Source: Phallusia mammillata
Taxonomy: Eukaryota
Assembly (NCBI GenBank): GCA_965637545.1
Contig: OZ281496.1
Location: 25,358,001-25,422,000 of the forward strand
Direction: 5' to 3'
Length of the DNA stretch: 64,000 bases
The notes beneath the pieces are model-generated. The model was not told where the DNA came from. It ran no database searches and saw only the letters and a list, made by a program, of their open reading frames with translations. Shown in pieces: positions 13,518-26,312 of this stretch. Position 1 is the first letter of the stretch. Every line of letters begins with the position of its first letter. The position numbers and the translations under genes are program-made.

Positions 13518-14740
13518 CTGTCAGCAACTTGCTTCCGGCCTATCCAGTGCTTATTAAACTTGTCTAATGTTCCCAATCTCCGGGGCCAGTAATTGCTTGA
13601 CCTTAGAAGCATAGTTGTCAACGTCAACAAACATTCGCACAAGCTTCGCAAACTAATATAACACGGCGGCGTATTGGCAAACTGCTTCAGCCTCAGGGCA
13701 AATTGCCTTTGTTCGGCATTTGGCCTTTTAAATAAAGAGATTTGAAGGGCAGCGCCGTAATTCGGATAAGCCGCATAGATTAGGTAAAGTCAGACGCCTT
13801 GTATGTTTTAAGAGTACCAGATTTGTGAGAGTTTCGTTTATTATGCTGTCTTTTTGGTAATTCGGTGTAGAGTATTAAATCAGCTACACGTTTTATGTTA
13901 TGTAGTTGAGTACAAGCGCGCATGAGGGACTTGAAACGTGTTTTACCTTTATACATTTTAAAATGGTATTTGCGTCTTCTCAGAATACAGTAATATCTCA
14001 GCTAACTCTTCGATTATTGACCCATTAGTGCGAGCTTAAAAGGATGTGAATTTAAACTAAACTGGTATGTTACTGCAGTTTAACTGTGAAAATAACAACC
14101 CAAATAGGCGAATATCACTGATGATGGCATAAGCATTTGCCGAAACGTTTGAAAAATCAAGCATGTCGCTTTTCACGTCTATTAGGGCCGTTATTTTCAC
14201 CATTAAACTTACGAACAGACCCGCATATAGTGTTCCAAAACTACCATCTTTTCTGTAGAAAAAGGTACAACATAGAACAGGTGCTAGCCTTTTTGAAACA
14301 AGTCTATTTATGAAGGAGACCACGTTGACGCGAGTATTATGGTTGGATTTGTTTATTGTTGCGCCGTAATAATCAGGACAAACCTGTCTGCTGAGTATTT
14401 TAACTGTGGTTTCACGTTGGACCACGTGATAAACAAGCTACGTACATAAATGCTAGCCTAAGCTACAATGTGAACTATACCACCCAAGCTAATGTCGAGA
14501 TAATGAGCTATAATTATCAGCCAGCAAGGTTAATGAAGAATTGTTATTAAATCGACACTGGATTGGTTATTACAGACCCGGAGAGTTAAGTTTTGCTTTA
14601 ACAAGCTGTGGTTTGGATTGCAGACGTGTTGTGGACAAAGCATGGTAACCGGATTATACCGGTAAGTTGACCGAATGACAGTAGATATCGGCGGGTTTTA
14701 AGTCTTGTCTTTTTTTAGGAAGATGCAAAGGAAATAATGA

Positions 14741-17700
14741 ATGATGTATTCACGACTTCGAATTTGTGCGATATTCTTTTTGTCGACGTTGTTATTTTCA
14801 ACGAAACGAAACTACTACGCATATCAAACGGCCTTGGAACTTAATTACATCAAATTAAGTGAAAGTCAGTTTGACCACAAACATGAAACTCTTATTGGAT
14901 CTAATATGTCGCAAGTACTTCCAAATGATCGCAAAATTGCACCAATAAGAACACGCGGCTGTGTCACGTGCCGCAAACCGTTGCAATGTGAACGTTGGCT
15001 TACCAGTGACCAAATTCTGACTGGCAACAAGAAATCGTTACTTCAAACTTCACAAACCAGATTTCTACTGCCTTGGTTGTACAACGGCCCGAATAATCAG
15101 TTATTTGGATTGAGGCAAGCAGCCTATGTTGCTCTGAGGTTAAACAGGACTTTGGTGTTGCCACTTTTTCACAAACATTTTACGGACGGCGTCGGAAGTG
15201 CTGAAGAAATAGACGCGAATCATAGGTGGGGTTATTTTAATTTTTTGATATTACGTAGTCAAATGCTCTGTGCATTATAACATTCTGAACCAGGGTTGCA
15301 CAACATAACAATTTAAGTAAAGTACCCTTAAATGATGAACTCTTTTCTGCGTTGATTCTGTCATTATCACCTAAAAAATTTGAAAGGTGTTTTTAGGACA
15401 CTGCAATGTTTTGTTAAAGAAGGTGTATATTTGTTTCTATTATGTGTAAAATGTTTTGTAGTATACAGTTAGTCATGGTGAATTTTATAATAGTACCATG
15501 AGTCAGAATGCCTATTTTTTGTAGATTGGAAGTTTCAGCTCTTCAGAGTCTCGTCCGTACAGTTTCGATATCAGAATACAAACGTCACTGCCCACGCCAG
15601 CCTGACGTCACTCTCCTCAGTTCTTCATTGAACAATGATTGGACGATAGATCAACTTAAACTTGCCGAGAAAGAACTTGACATCGACTTATTCAACAAGG
15701 TTTGACCAGTCAGTTAAACGTTTGCTGAATCTTTGTGCATTGAGAAAACTACCTTATTTTTAATAGCAGTTTTTAAATTAAATCGTGCCATGCCTAAACT
15801 TTGTAAAATCGGTGATCCTTGGACGGGCTGTATCAATTTATGCTTTAAAAAGTGTTTTGTAATTTTAAAAAGATCTTTATTGCAATGATAAGAAAAGGTT
15901 AAAGACCTCTAATTCATAGATTTCCAAACGTATAACTTGCAAACAGCCATTCGTTTGAATCCGTCATTTAAAAGGTCACAAACTCTAGTGTTTTTTTTTG
16001 TAGATCATCATATACTTTTTCTGTATGCAGGTTACAAACGGTAGTGTGGTGGACTTGCCATTGCAAAAGCGGCTAAAGATGCCATTTCTGCCAAACTATC
16101 GAGGCTGCAAATACCGTATGAACAGCAGCATTGAAGACATTTTGCGTCACTTTGATTCAGATCAGCAGTGTGCGTTTTATGCAATGCCTTTTCGAGAAGT
16201 CTCATTTCCGAAACTGGATAAAGCCGTGAGTAAAATTCATAAACTAAGTTTGGTATAGGGAGGGATTTTAATGTTTGTTTGCAAAAAGTAATTTTCTTAT
16301 ATTTTTTCTATTCCTAAAAAACTAGTGTTGATTTATTGAAAGCTAGATCATCGGCGTGTTTAGTTGGTAAAGTGGTATTAATTAAAAAAAATATATATAA
16401 AATGAAAACGCAACAAAGGGTCGTGTGTTTTCATGTGTGGTGTTTATCAAAGGTTTTGTTTTAGTAAGTATTTGATTTTTCTTTTTATCGTTAAGTATTA
16501 TTGCAGACGGAAGCACAGATGCGCGATTTGTCACACAGAAATATGATACACAATGCAAGCGTATTCGCCGACTGGTCGCTAAACGGCTTAATTGTGAAGA
16601 ACACCCAGTTGCCAGGATACGTCCAGGTCAGTTTGGGTTGTTAGTCCTGTGTTTTGTCACTTTTTTACTAACTTTTGTTCAATTACATTTCGCGGTTTGC
16701 ATATGAAGAATGAAACAAAAAAAAATGCCGCAATGTTCCGAATAGGCAGACTTCTTTTTCTGCTCGAAATACATTTGTTATTTCAAATCACTTTGACAAT
16801 AAAACCCTAATTGTTTATGATAAATATATAATTGGGCTTAAATAGTTGTTTTGTACAAACTTCATTAGTAGCTTTTAAGAAGTGTTTGTAGCATGATTTG
16901 TCAGTATGAACCATTCGTTAGATGTCGCTAACGGGTCGATTTTGGTTTTAAGCTCGCAAAGCACGCTTGACGCCGGATATCACGTGGCATCATCAATAAC
17001 AATTCACTGTCTATTCAGGAAATCGCAAACTTATACATCAAGCACGAGTTATCTGGCGCACCGTACATGTCCATGCATTGGAGATACGACAAGGAAGACT
17101 TCTACAAGTTTATGTGCACACCTGGGGGAAACCCACAAAACAAACGTAAATGTATTTTCACTGTCCTATAAAGTCGTTAAAAGTGACACGCTTTTTATCA
17201 AATGTTCTCGGCCTTTGCATGTCTGCGACCAAAAGCCCATGCAATTCCTACGTTTAAGGTTTTTTTTTACAAATGGCTTGTTTTTTAAAATGAATTTCGT
17301 AGCATACTCGCGTCAAAATCCCAGGAGTTCCACACTGGGGTAAATTCACCCTTAATGGATAAATTTGAAATGCTCTAGAAAAACGAGAAAAGAAAGTTTA
17401 AGAACTTATGCTTTAAACCATTTTCAAAGAGCTAAAAACAGCTTTTTAACGTTTGAAAACACAAACGCACTAATTTTGAATTTAAATTATCACCTTGTTG
17501 ATTCAAAATGGCTATTTCTAAAATCCGTTTGTGATGTACATTATGGGCAGGGCAGCAATTTGGGTTTTTGTAGTTTTTAGTGGTGCAAAATTTGAGTCAT
17601 TAAATTTCGCAATTACAGGACATCTGGTAAATTACCGGCATGTTCTTAGTTTACCAATATTAAGTTAAACAAATGAGAAATTTAGGAGTTACGTCACCAA

Positions 17701-20338
17701 AATGTGGCTTTGTTCAAAATAGCCTTTATTTACAATCCTAAGTAACTTTGCATTTATGTACACATTTTGGCCCTCGAACTTTTTAAAGATTTCGGTATGT
17801 TTACTGTAGCAAACAAATGTAAAATTTGATTGATGAAACACCTTAAGTATATGTAACAAACAATACAATGTTTAAGGATTTAACATTTTTATCGCGTGCA
17901 AAAACAAAACACAATACCACTTAACATTACATGAATTTAGAATCTAAAATTTGCCCAATCTGTTTCGACATTTAATGTTAACCTACGTAATAAGAGGAAC
18001 TTTTGGCATTCACATATATGGCGAACTCAACATTTCTTGGCATCCTACGACGTGAAATACCAACCGATTGCATAGAGCATGCCTTCAACAGAATGGGGCC
18101 CTAATATGTGTGACTTATGCCACGATGGTAGCTTGAAAATTATGCAATCGCTTGATTTGAAACGTGCAGTACACGATTCCACGAAATTTTGTGTCGCAGT
18201 TTCGTTCAGTCCTAAGAATGATTGGACGTCTGTCTGCAACCTAATCAACACATAATTTACACGCGTGGTATAACTGTAACAAAACCTGTACATGTGCAAA
18301 ATTCAATTAAGTGGAGCGTATGTATGAATGGATTTTATGTAGGTTTGTCCCCACCAAGGGCAATCGTTTATTATGTAGTTTGCCTTGACTAAACGCCTTA
18401 CAGAAAAATGTTTTACTTAGAAGGTAAAGCGTTCATAACTTATTCACTACATTTGAAAGAAAGGCATTGGTTATATTTTATTGCATTGACTATCTATATT
18501 TTTTTAAATATTTTATTGCATTGACTTAAATTTAACAAATTTAATGAATTTTAGAAGCAGCCTAACTATGAGTTTAAAATTAAAATATTGATGCGCGTGC
18601 AGTACAACGACATTTCTTGCATTTTACTTTTCAAAATTCCATGTTTAGAACCTTTTTACGCAAAAGAGTCTTGTTGTAATGACAAAAAAGCGACAAAACG
18701 TCGCATAAACGTGTCATGTTTTAGGTGCATGATGTTGGCCGTACTATCCAGCTGTAATGAACCCAAAATGCCTTTGACCGAATGCTGCACTCCATCTGTG
18801 ACATTATGTATAGTTTAGCTTACGTAACCTGAACTATTGTTATTTAACAGATAACTATGCACATCGAAACCCAGCTTTGGTAAAAATGTGCAATGCAGTT
18901 TCAAACACTGATGCACAGTTGTTGAGTCGATCACTTTACCAATATCTCACTCACAACACTTCAGTTACGTCACAGAATGACGTAATTTATGTTTACGTTG
19001 CTGCTCCACCTAAAGCTCTGGATTGGTTAATGGAAGGCTTGGAAAAAAATGTGTAAGAGGTTGAATTAGTTTAGAATTAGGTTTTAATATGTGTTTCTAA
19101 ATACCTTTGTAAAAGTTTTGAACTGGTGTATTTTTTCGTCAAATTAATCAAACGTTTATTTATTAAACTTACCAGGACTGGATTTAAATTCTTCAATTCA
19201 AAGAGCGTGTTGAACTTTCTGTCTTCTGAAATGATTTTGGATCGTTGTGAATTCCTCAAAACAAACTTAAACGACTTTGTGTCCCTTGTCGAGACTCAAC
19301 TTTGCATCAACAGTCAAGTAAGTCCTTGTGTCACGCGTCGTGTCGTTGTGACGTCACACTGGCACGTGTCAATGCATATTGCCATTACGTCATGGGAAAA
19401 TCCCCAAAGGTTTTGCCCTTGAAGAAAGGTTGAAAGTTTGTTTTTGTTTCATTGTGCGTCATACTGTTTACAAAGCAGATTACGTCAAGACTGTTATTGC
19501 TGGTTATGTTGTAACTGTTTTTGGTATGTAAATTTTGGAAAGTATGTTTTGTAAGAACTTATGTCATCTATGGCTGTTGCCAGAATACCATTTTGGACAT
19601 AACGTGTTTCCAAATGAAAACGTCCCGTGATACATAAAGGGTGCCGAAATAACATTTTTTGGATGGATCTTTGTCACTTTTTAAGTGAAGGCTTACCACA
19701 ACAAATTGGTTCTCAACCTTTTTCGTTCCCCCACCCACTTTAGTAACAAAATGTAACTTACAACCCCCCTTCCATAAATTTCCATATTTTTTCATAGTTG
19801 CTAGGATGAACCCTCACTCTTGGCAAAGAGAAATTGGGTCTATAAAGCTTGCCTTTTGGTCCATCCAATTGTAATGCCTGTTTTGACATCAGATTGCCCA
19901 CGAGGCACTTGCATTGAATTGTCTTCTCTATAGGGACGTAATAAAGCCTTGCTTTTTTGTAATGGAACACGAAATAAGTTTAAATCGAATTCGTTTACTT
20001 TTTAATTGTTTATCAAAAGCCTTGGCGACCCACAGGTAAATGACAAACGACCCTCCACGTTAAAAACCACTGGTTATAAGCATGTTGTCAGTTAAAACAT
20101 GGACATCTTGCCGCTAGTTGGGCAAAATAAAAGGATTCAGTTATTTGAATATTAATTTTGAAACTTTCATTTTCAGATATTTTTTCGATCATCGTATTCA
20201 AGTTGGTCTGACAACGTTGCAATGGCGAGAAAACTAACAAACAATGAAAACCAACGTTTTGATCGCAGAATCCAAAGTCTTGCGTTCACGGCGGGAAACT
20301 ACCAAAATAAAATTATTAAAACTTGGACAAGTGTGTAA
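14741..20338 (+). CDS. GDP-fucose O-fucosyltransferase family (PF10250-like, GT-B fold) type II membrane protein, ~535 aa
   Basis: 8 exons joining in frame with GT-AG sites: 14741-15225, 15525-15699, 16031-16225, 16507-16626, 17019-17145, 18851-19052, 19176-19317, 20177-20338 (1608 nt incl. TAA). N-terminal hydrophobic anchor (RICAIFFLSTLLFS). Family motifs in the expected order: YNGPNNQ...ALRLNRTLVLP, PYMSMHWRYD, IYVYVAAPP, DFVSLVETQLC, FFRSSYSSWSDNV..R. Lacks the POFUT1 GRFGNQ and POFUT2 EGFNL motifs, so no symbol is given. Confidence 0.88.
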
Positions 20339-21979
20339 ATTTGCGTTTTTGTTCGTGAGTTCCTGTTGTGTTTTTTGTTGTTGTCCGTATTTTGTGAAGT
20401 CGCCAAATAAACTCATTACATCCGATTGACATAAAGCTAATGAGTCTGGACCGTGTTTCGGCCACTACTAAAATAACCATTTTTTACGCACAAACCCTTG
20501 TGCTGCACTCAAACAATTTTCACCCTTTGAAAAGAAACTACATTTTTTATTACCTAGATATTTATTAGTTGGGTGCAGTAAAATTATGCAAATTTTTTTT
20601 TAGTTTTGTTACCTTCATTTTAACTCTGTTTTTAATCTAATTATTTTAAAGGTTCTGAGTGAAAATAGAAGGATTTAGTATTTTTAGTTTTCTGAACTTG
20701 TGGTGTAAAACCATAGCTTTTTTAATTAAATAAACCCCTAAACGTAAAATTTACCTAAAGCGAACACTGCGTTAGCCCCAGTTTTGTAGACTAGCACATC
20801 AATAAAAAACGACTTAGTAGGCTAAATTGAAAATCTGTCCAGTATCCTAACTCTATGGTTTTAGTATTTAAAGCAAGTCCAGCTTTCCAAATGTTGATTT
20901 TTGTGTCTTTTAATGACAAAAGGCAAGTACGGTGCGATGCAAAAAATTCACAGTTACCATTGTTACCGAGCATAAAAGTACACAAACAAATACTGCTTAA
21001 AACTCCTCATACTTGCTACATACTCTTTTCAACATAAATTTCAACCACCAATTATCGTTAAATGAATACAATTTAGCTTAAGTATGAGTCCTACTCAAAA
21101 ATGTAATTAGGGCCCGGACCAACACTTTCGTTAATAGACTTCACATGAATTATGACGATTATTATAATTTTAACAAGTCTCCAGCCTATGTGCCGGCGAA
21201 AGACTTCTGTCAAAGTCACGTATAACCATAAACGGAATGGCTTAGCTAGACGCTGTAGATAACAGGGTTGGTGGAATGATGGTAGGCATTTCGACCTATA
21301 TGAACAGTTTGTTGCACGATGATACAGCAAAAATAGGTTTGTACAGTTGAAAATAATAAACACAACATAGAAAAATTATACAATGACTTAACAGCATTGA
21401 CATAAAAACGATTTGTAACCTTTTTTACAAACGTTATATAAAGTGGAGATATTTGCTTGCAACATAGTCGACATTGACATATCTATACATTGTTCCCTTG
21501 AAGGAAATACATTTTTTTCTGTAATATACAGTAAAAATATGGCAAAATGGCCTTTGTATATTCACGTGTCTCTGGGTAAGGTTTCTCAACCTAATGTCTT
21601 AAATTTTAAATCTGTACAGACTCTTTATTGGGTAAAAATGTTGTAAAGGGTGATTTTAAATTACCCAAGCCCGGATACGGTAATATATGGTGTGTGTTAT
21701 CTCATGACTTGACGTACGCACTAAGTCGCGACGGGCATAGGGTGAAGTCAGTGACTATATGACATATCACGCACCGAAGTAAGCAGCATAGCACATAATC
21801 GAATCGCTTGAACTATGCAGAACAACCGAATCAATTCTTTAACTGTTTGTACCGTGTTCAGTTTTTAACAGTTACAGTGACTTGAACAAGTTTTTCGGTC
21901 TGTTTTTTTCCCGATTGTCCTTCGCAAGGGCATGTTTATTGAGGCTGGTGGTTTGTTTTTCATCTCCCGTTGGTTGTTT

Positions 21980-24900
21980 TCAGGGGTCGCAGTTCACCAC
22001 GTAGAGTCCTGTCTTTTTCTTGTTGCGATGAATACGAACGGCGATGAAAACCACGAAGACTATTAAGATGATTGCAGCGGCCACCACTACTCCAATCAAC
22101 AGGTTTCTGCGAGAAAATACACATGGTAAGCAATTTGAAACTTATTGTAAGTGGAGTATCATCACTAACAAAACCCGCTGATGCTTTAATTGAAAATTTT
22201 GTTATACTTAAGAAAGAAAATTAGAAAATATTGAATCCACATAAGCACCACAACTTTATTTGCAACTTTAAATTTTTTAGTAATGTTACCCCCAACAACA
22301 GCCAAATGCATTTTGTTAACCCCTTTTCTTAATCGAAAACTACTAACTATGACATCACAAAAGGATAACTTGAAAAAGATAATGTTAATACCCCCTGAAA
22401 AAAAAACAAGGTTCCCCCTCTAAGGGTAATTACCCACAAGCTAAGAACAACTGCTCCCTTTACAAAATTAGCATTTTTACTTGGTGACTATTTGGCATAT
22501 TGAGGAGGTTTCGCTGTAAATTTGCGAGATGATTGATTCGAAAATCTATTTAGATGACGCTGGTCGCTAAATGTCAGATAGGTCATTTTCTGTGTAATGT
22601 CGAAAAATACGCCAATGACATGGTAACTGATGCGTACATTTCGTGACGAACATCACTTTTGTACGTAATCATGCCTTAAGTAAATTGCAGTTTTTTTACA
22701 TCTTGCAACCTTACGATCAACTTGCTAATGTTCGAAACGTTACTTTCATTTCGCTCGAGTCATGGTAGGCATTTAATGAAATATCTTTTGACCTTCGCAT
22801 TCTGTTTCACGTTCCTTAACGTATAAGGCATGTTGGATTGAAATAGCTCTGTTTTGAAATTGGTAGGCCATTACAACTTCGTTTGAAATTTGCTGAAAAA
22901 TTGTCATGGCCGTTACTTAATTACACCGTTGTCAAGTGCTGATTTAGTCTTTCATATCGGCCGAACGGTATTCCAATTATGTAAGCGCTTGTTCTTGGAC
23001 ATGAAGTGGGTATTCGGAATTAAGAGTGTTTTGCTCGTGGCGAAATAACGTAACCACGTCTCGTGGGATTTTTTGTTCCACTTGATCAAAGTACTTCGTG
23101 GTCCGTGGGTTGACGTGCGATGAAAGTAACAGGTGTTTGTTTACAACTTTCCGTTTGGCACGTGAGTTCAAAACGGCTGGTGCTTTTCTCATCACTAGGC
23201 ATTAACACAGAGGTTTTAAGAGGTTCTCAAACTCAAAATTGTGTGTTGTTTACGCCTTGAAATTTTACCCCCCTTCCGGTTGCTTTAAAACGACAATGCT
23301 GAAATGATTTGCTTTTATATATTTATGGATAAAATTTTGACCCCAGGTTGAGAACTACACTATAACATTCATCTTACATATTCATTTTTCAGGGTTGGTT
23401 TACTAACGTAAATGATTTACCAAAAACCAAAGCCTTCTGTAAACGTTTTGTTGAAATTGGTACTTGTCTATACTCAGTTAAAATCAGAACCATTTTTAAC
23501 ATTTCCTAAGAAGTTAATATGATTTGAACTTTCATAATGACTTACTGTGGTATTGCTTCATTAACAACTCCATCTATATTTGTTGTTTTTTCATTAGCTG
23601 TCGTTGAAGAAGGTACAAGAAACTCATTGGTTGGCTTTTTCGAATTAACCAACACAATTCCAGTCCGTTTTGTAGTAATCTTTTCAGGTATAGTGGAAGT
23701 TTCCTGTACAGCTGTCTGATCTTCTCCAGTATATGTTGTGTTTTCCACGAATACGGTGCTTCCTACCTCATCTGTAACAATACCTTGTGAAGTGGTTAAG
23801 ACTTGATTCGTTCCTACCACAGCTGGTGGGGTTGCAACATCTTTGTCCCCAGTGGGAGGCGTTGTATTTATAACAGTTAATGCTGTTGTATCTTGTATAA
23901 CATTGACTGCTGTTGGATCGACACTTGGAGTGGTTGCTGTAATATCCAATGCTTGCGTTGTTTCCCAGCCTGTAGTCGCTTCAGTGCTGTTTTCAGGTCT
24001 TCTTTCGGCTGTGGTATATGGCTCAAAGGGGGTCGTTGTTTCGGGTTCAGGCGTTGTTTCTTCTTCAGTAGTAGTTGGAGCGGTTGTAATGATTGGTTCT
24101 GGCCTTGTGGTTGGACAAACCGAGTCGTCGTTGGTACAAAACGGAGTTTCCGCGTGAATACAGCAATACGGTGCACTGGCAAAACAGTATGTTGCCCCGC
24201 ATTCTGCTTTAAAAACGCAACTTCGCGGGCTCACTGTGCAGTATGGATCTGGCCCCAAACGACAGCAATGGCTCTTCACTGCTGAGCATTCTTGGTCGCC
24301 GCACAGATCTGAATCTGAAGCTTGCGTTGTGGATAAGTCAATGGATGTTGTAACGGCAGATGTGGAGGAAATTTGCTCAATGAACGTGGTGTCTGAATTA
24401 GGCGGAGGAGAGCTTTTAGCGCATATATCCTCGTTCAATGTGCAGAAGGAATCAATGCTTTGGCGACAACAGTAAGGCAGATCAGCTAAGCAGTAATTTA
24501 TGCCGCACTGTGTTCTCGCGACACAGGTTTGGCTGCTAACCGTGCAGTACTTGTCACCATTGATCTCACAACAGAAAGGAGTGACCACATTACACGAGGT
24601 AGTGCCACACTCAAAACTTGACACACACTCGCTACTGTCAGCTGCACAGTAGAAAGCCAGTCCTGTTTTACAGCAGTGAGGGTTACTAGCTGGGCAGCGT
24701 CCACCTCCGCAAGACGTCTCTTGGCATGTTTCTCGATTTGCTGTACAGAAGGCTGAGGTTCCTCTTCCACAGCAATACGGTTCCCGTTCAGTACATGACC
24801 CACTGCCACAAATGGTGGCCACACAGTTACGACCGGCTTTTGTACAGTAGGCAAACTTGCCTGATCCGCAACAGTAAGGCTTGCTAACCGAACAAACGTA

Positions 24901-26312
24901 TATTCCGCACAGACTGCGTGCTACGCAATTCCTTGAGCTTACTGTACAGTATGGACTGGTTCCTTTCATGCAGCAGTAGGGTTTCACAAAAGAGCATGTT
25001 TTCAGTCCACATTGAAGCCCTGATTGAAAATCGTATGTTGGTTAGAGATGTACGAAATATTAAAGGTACATATCCAATTGTTATGGCATTGGTGTAAACG
25101 CTAGTTTTAAATGCTGTTAGTTTTTAAATTATGATGAAAATGAATCCGGATAAGAGCTATTGGCAATGTTTCCGTTTATCATTCGTATAACTGTCAAGGA
25201 ATAAAATTCCAGTAATGTGGTTTGAGGTAATACACTAAGGGGCTTTATGAATTCGGGTAGAAGAAACTAAATTTACATTTTGCCTGGTGAGGAAGTTTTT
25301 AATAATAAAGTGGGTTTCTATTATGTTACAACGAAATGTATGTTTCTCGTTAAAGCGCAATTTAAAGAAATAACTCGCGTACAATTTTTCAATCGTTCAG
25401 TTACAAGTAATACAAGTCGTTTAAACCTCAATGTTTCTGTCACCTTGTCCCTAAAGTTCTCTAAATCTTTTCTGACAGAAAATGCAATATGTGGTGTTCA
25501 ACCGATTATTGGCTGAAATGGTGACTGACAGGCTGTTGTGGCATGTGAATATCAAAAGCCTTTTTTAACATGGCGTTGTGATTTGTAGAATGAGATTTCA
25601 AGCTGTAATATTAGGCCATAGTTGACACGGGTTTTCCGTCAATTTCAGTATGTTGCCAAGTTGCGAAATATGATCTTAGTAGAAAATGCCTTGTGGTCAT
25701 GTTAACTCGTGATTTGGCATTACACTAGTGGTACGTGCCATATTTGCGACATTGATTGACTTCATTGGCTTAGTTTGAAGGCTGTGGTATTTTGTTTACG
25801 CGACTGTACCAGATTACACAGTCAAATCGCGGACCAATCCTGTATTCAAGGTTTAAAACAACATTAAAGTCACCTTCATATGCATACCGGTGTAAATGTG
25901 GTGAGGCTGGGCAAATATTTATTTTTAGGCTTTTATTACGACACTGTTTTATTGCAAGGCTACGTCACGCGCATATACCTTTAAAAACTGTTACAAAATT
26001 GGGACTATAACACTAGCAATACAATACTTCTTAATAGGGTTTGGGAAATATCTTGCCTCTGTACATAGCTATAATTATAAACAAACAATGTTATAAAGTT
26101 ATCAGAAGTAAAATATTCAATATTTTTTTAGTAGTTTAACGCTTTTTTAACTGTTAACTTCTTGAAAATCTGTGCAACGAAAATTTAGTCAAATGAGGTT
26201 TGTTATTGCTCATTTCATCTGCAACTATTTTACAAAAAAATCACTCACCTTGTGCATTAACCAGCAGAATTAGATTGAAAACAAACAATAAAACGTAGAC
26301 TGGTCGCTCCAT
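21980..26312 (-). CDS. Type I membrane protein (~554 aa): signal peptide, 8 six-cysteine repeats, Thr/Pro/Glu-rich mucin-like stalk, TM helix, short cytoplasmic tail
   Basis: Exons 26249-26312 (MERPVYVLLFVFNLILLVNAQ, GTGAGT donor, phase 1), 23546-25019 (Cys repeats + stalk, GTAAGT donor, phase 2) and 21980-22106 (NLLIGVVVAAAIILIVFVVFIAV-RIHRNKKKTGLYVVNCDP*). Frame closes exactly (1665 nt). Confidence 0.88.

Noticed and set aside
14057-14425. 122-aa minus-strand ORF in the divergent gap
   Set aside because: GTG start, no motif or splice support.
16906-17343. 145-aa plus-strand ORF from the ORF track
   Set aside because: Wrong frame; the real exon (17019-17145) is in another frame and carries the HWR motif.
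18045-18299. Protein-like ORFs on both strands within fucosyltransferase intron 5
   Set aside because: No recognisable motif, and the host gene model closes in frame without them.
19702-20072. Possible old hAT MITE in fucosyltransferase intron 7
   Set aside because: Ends resemble GGTTCTCAACC/AACCACTG, but the left TIR is degenerate and no TSD is present.
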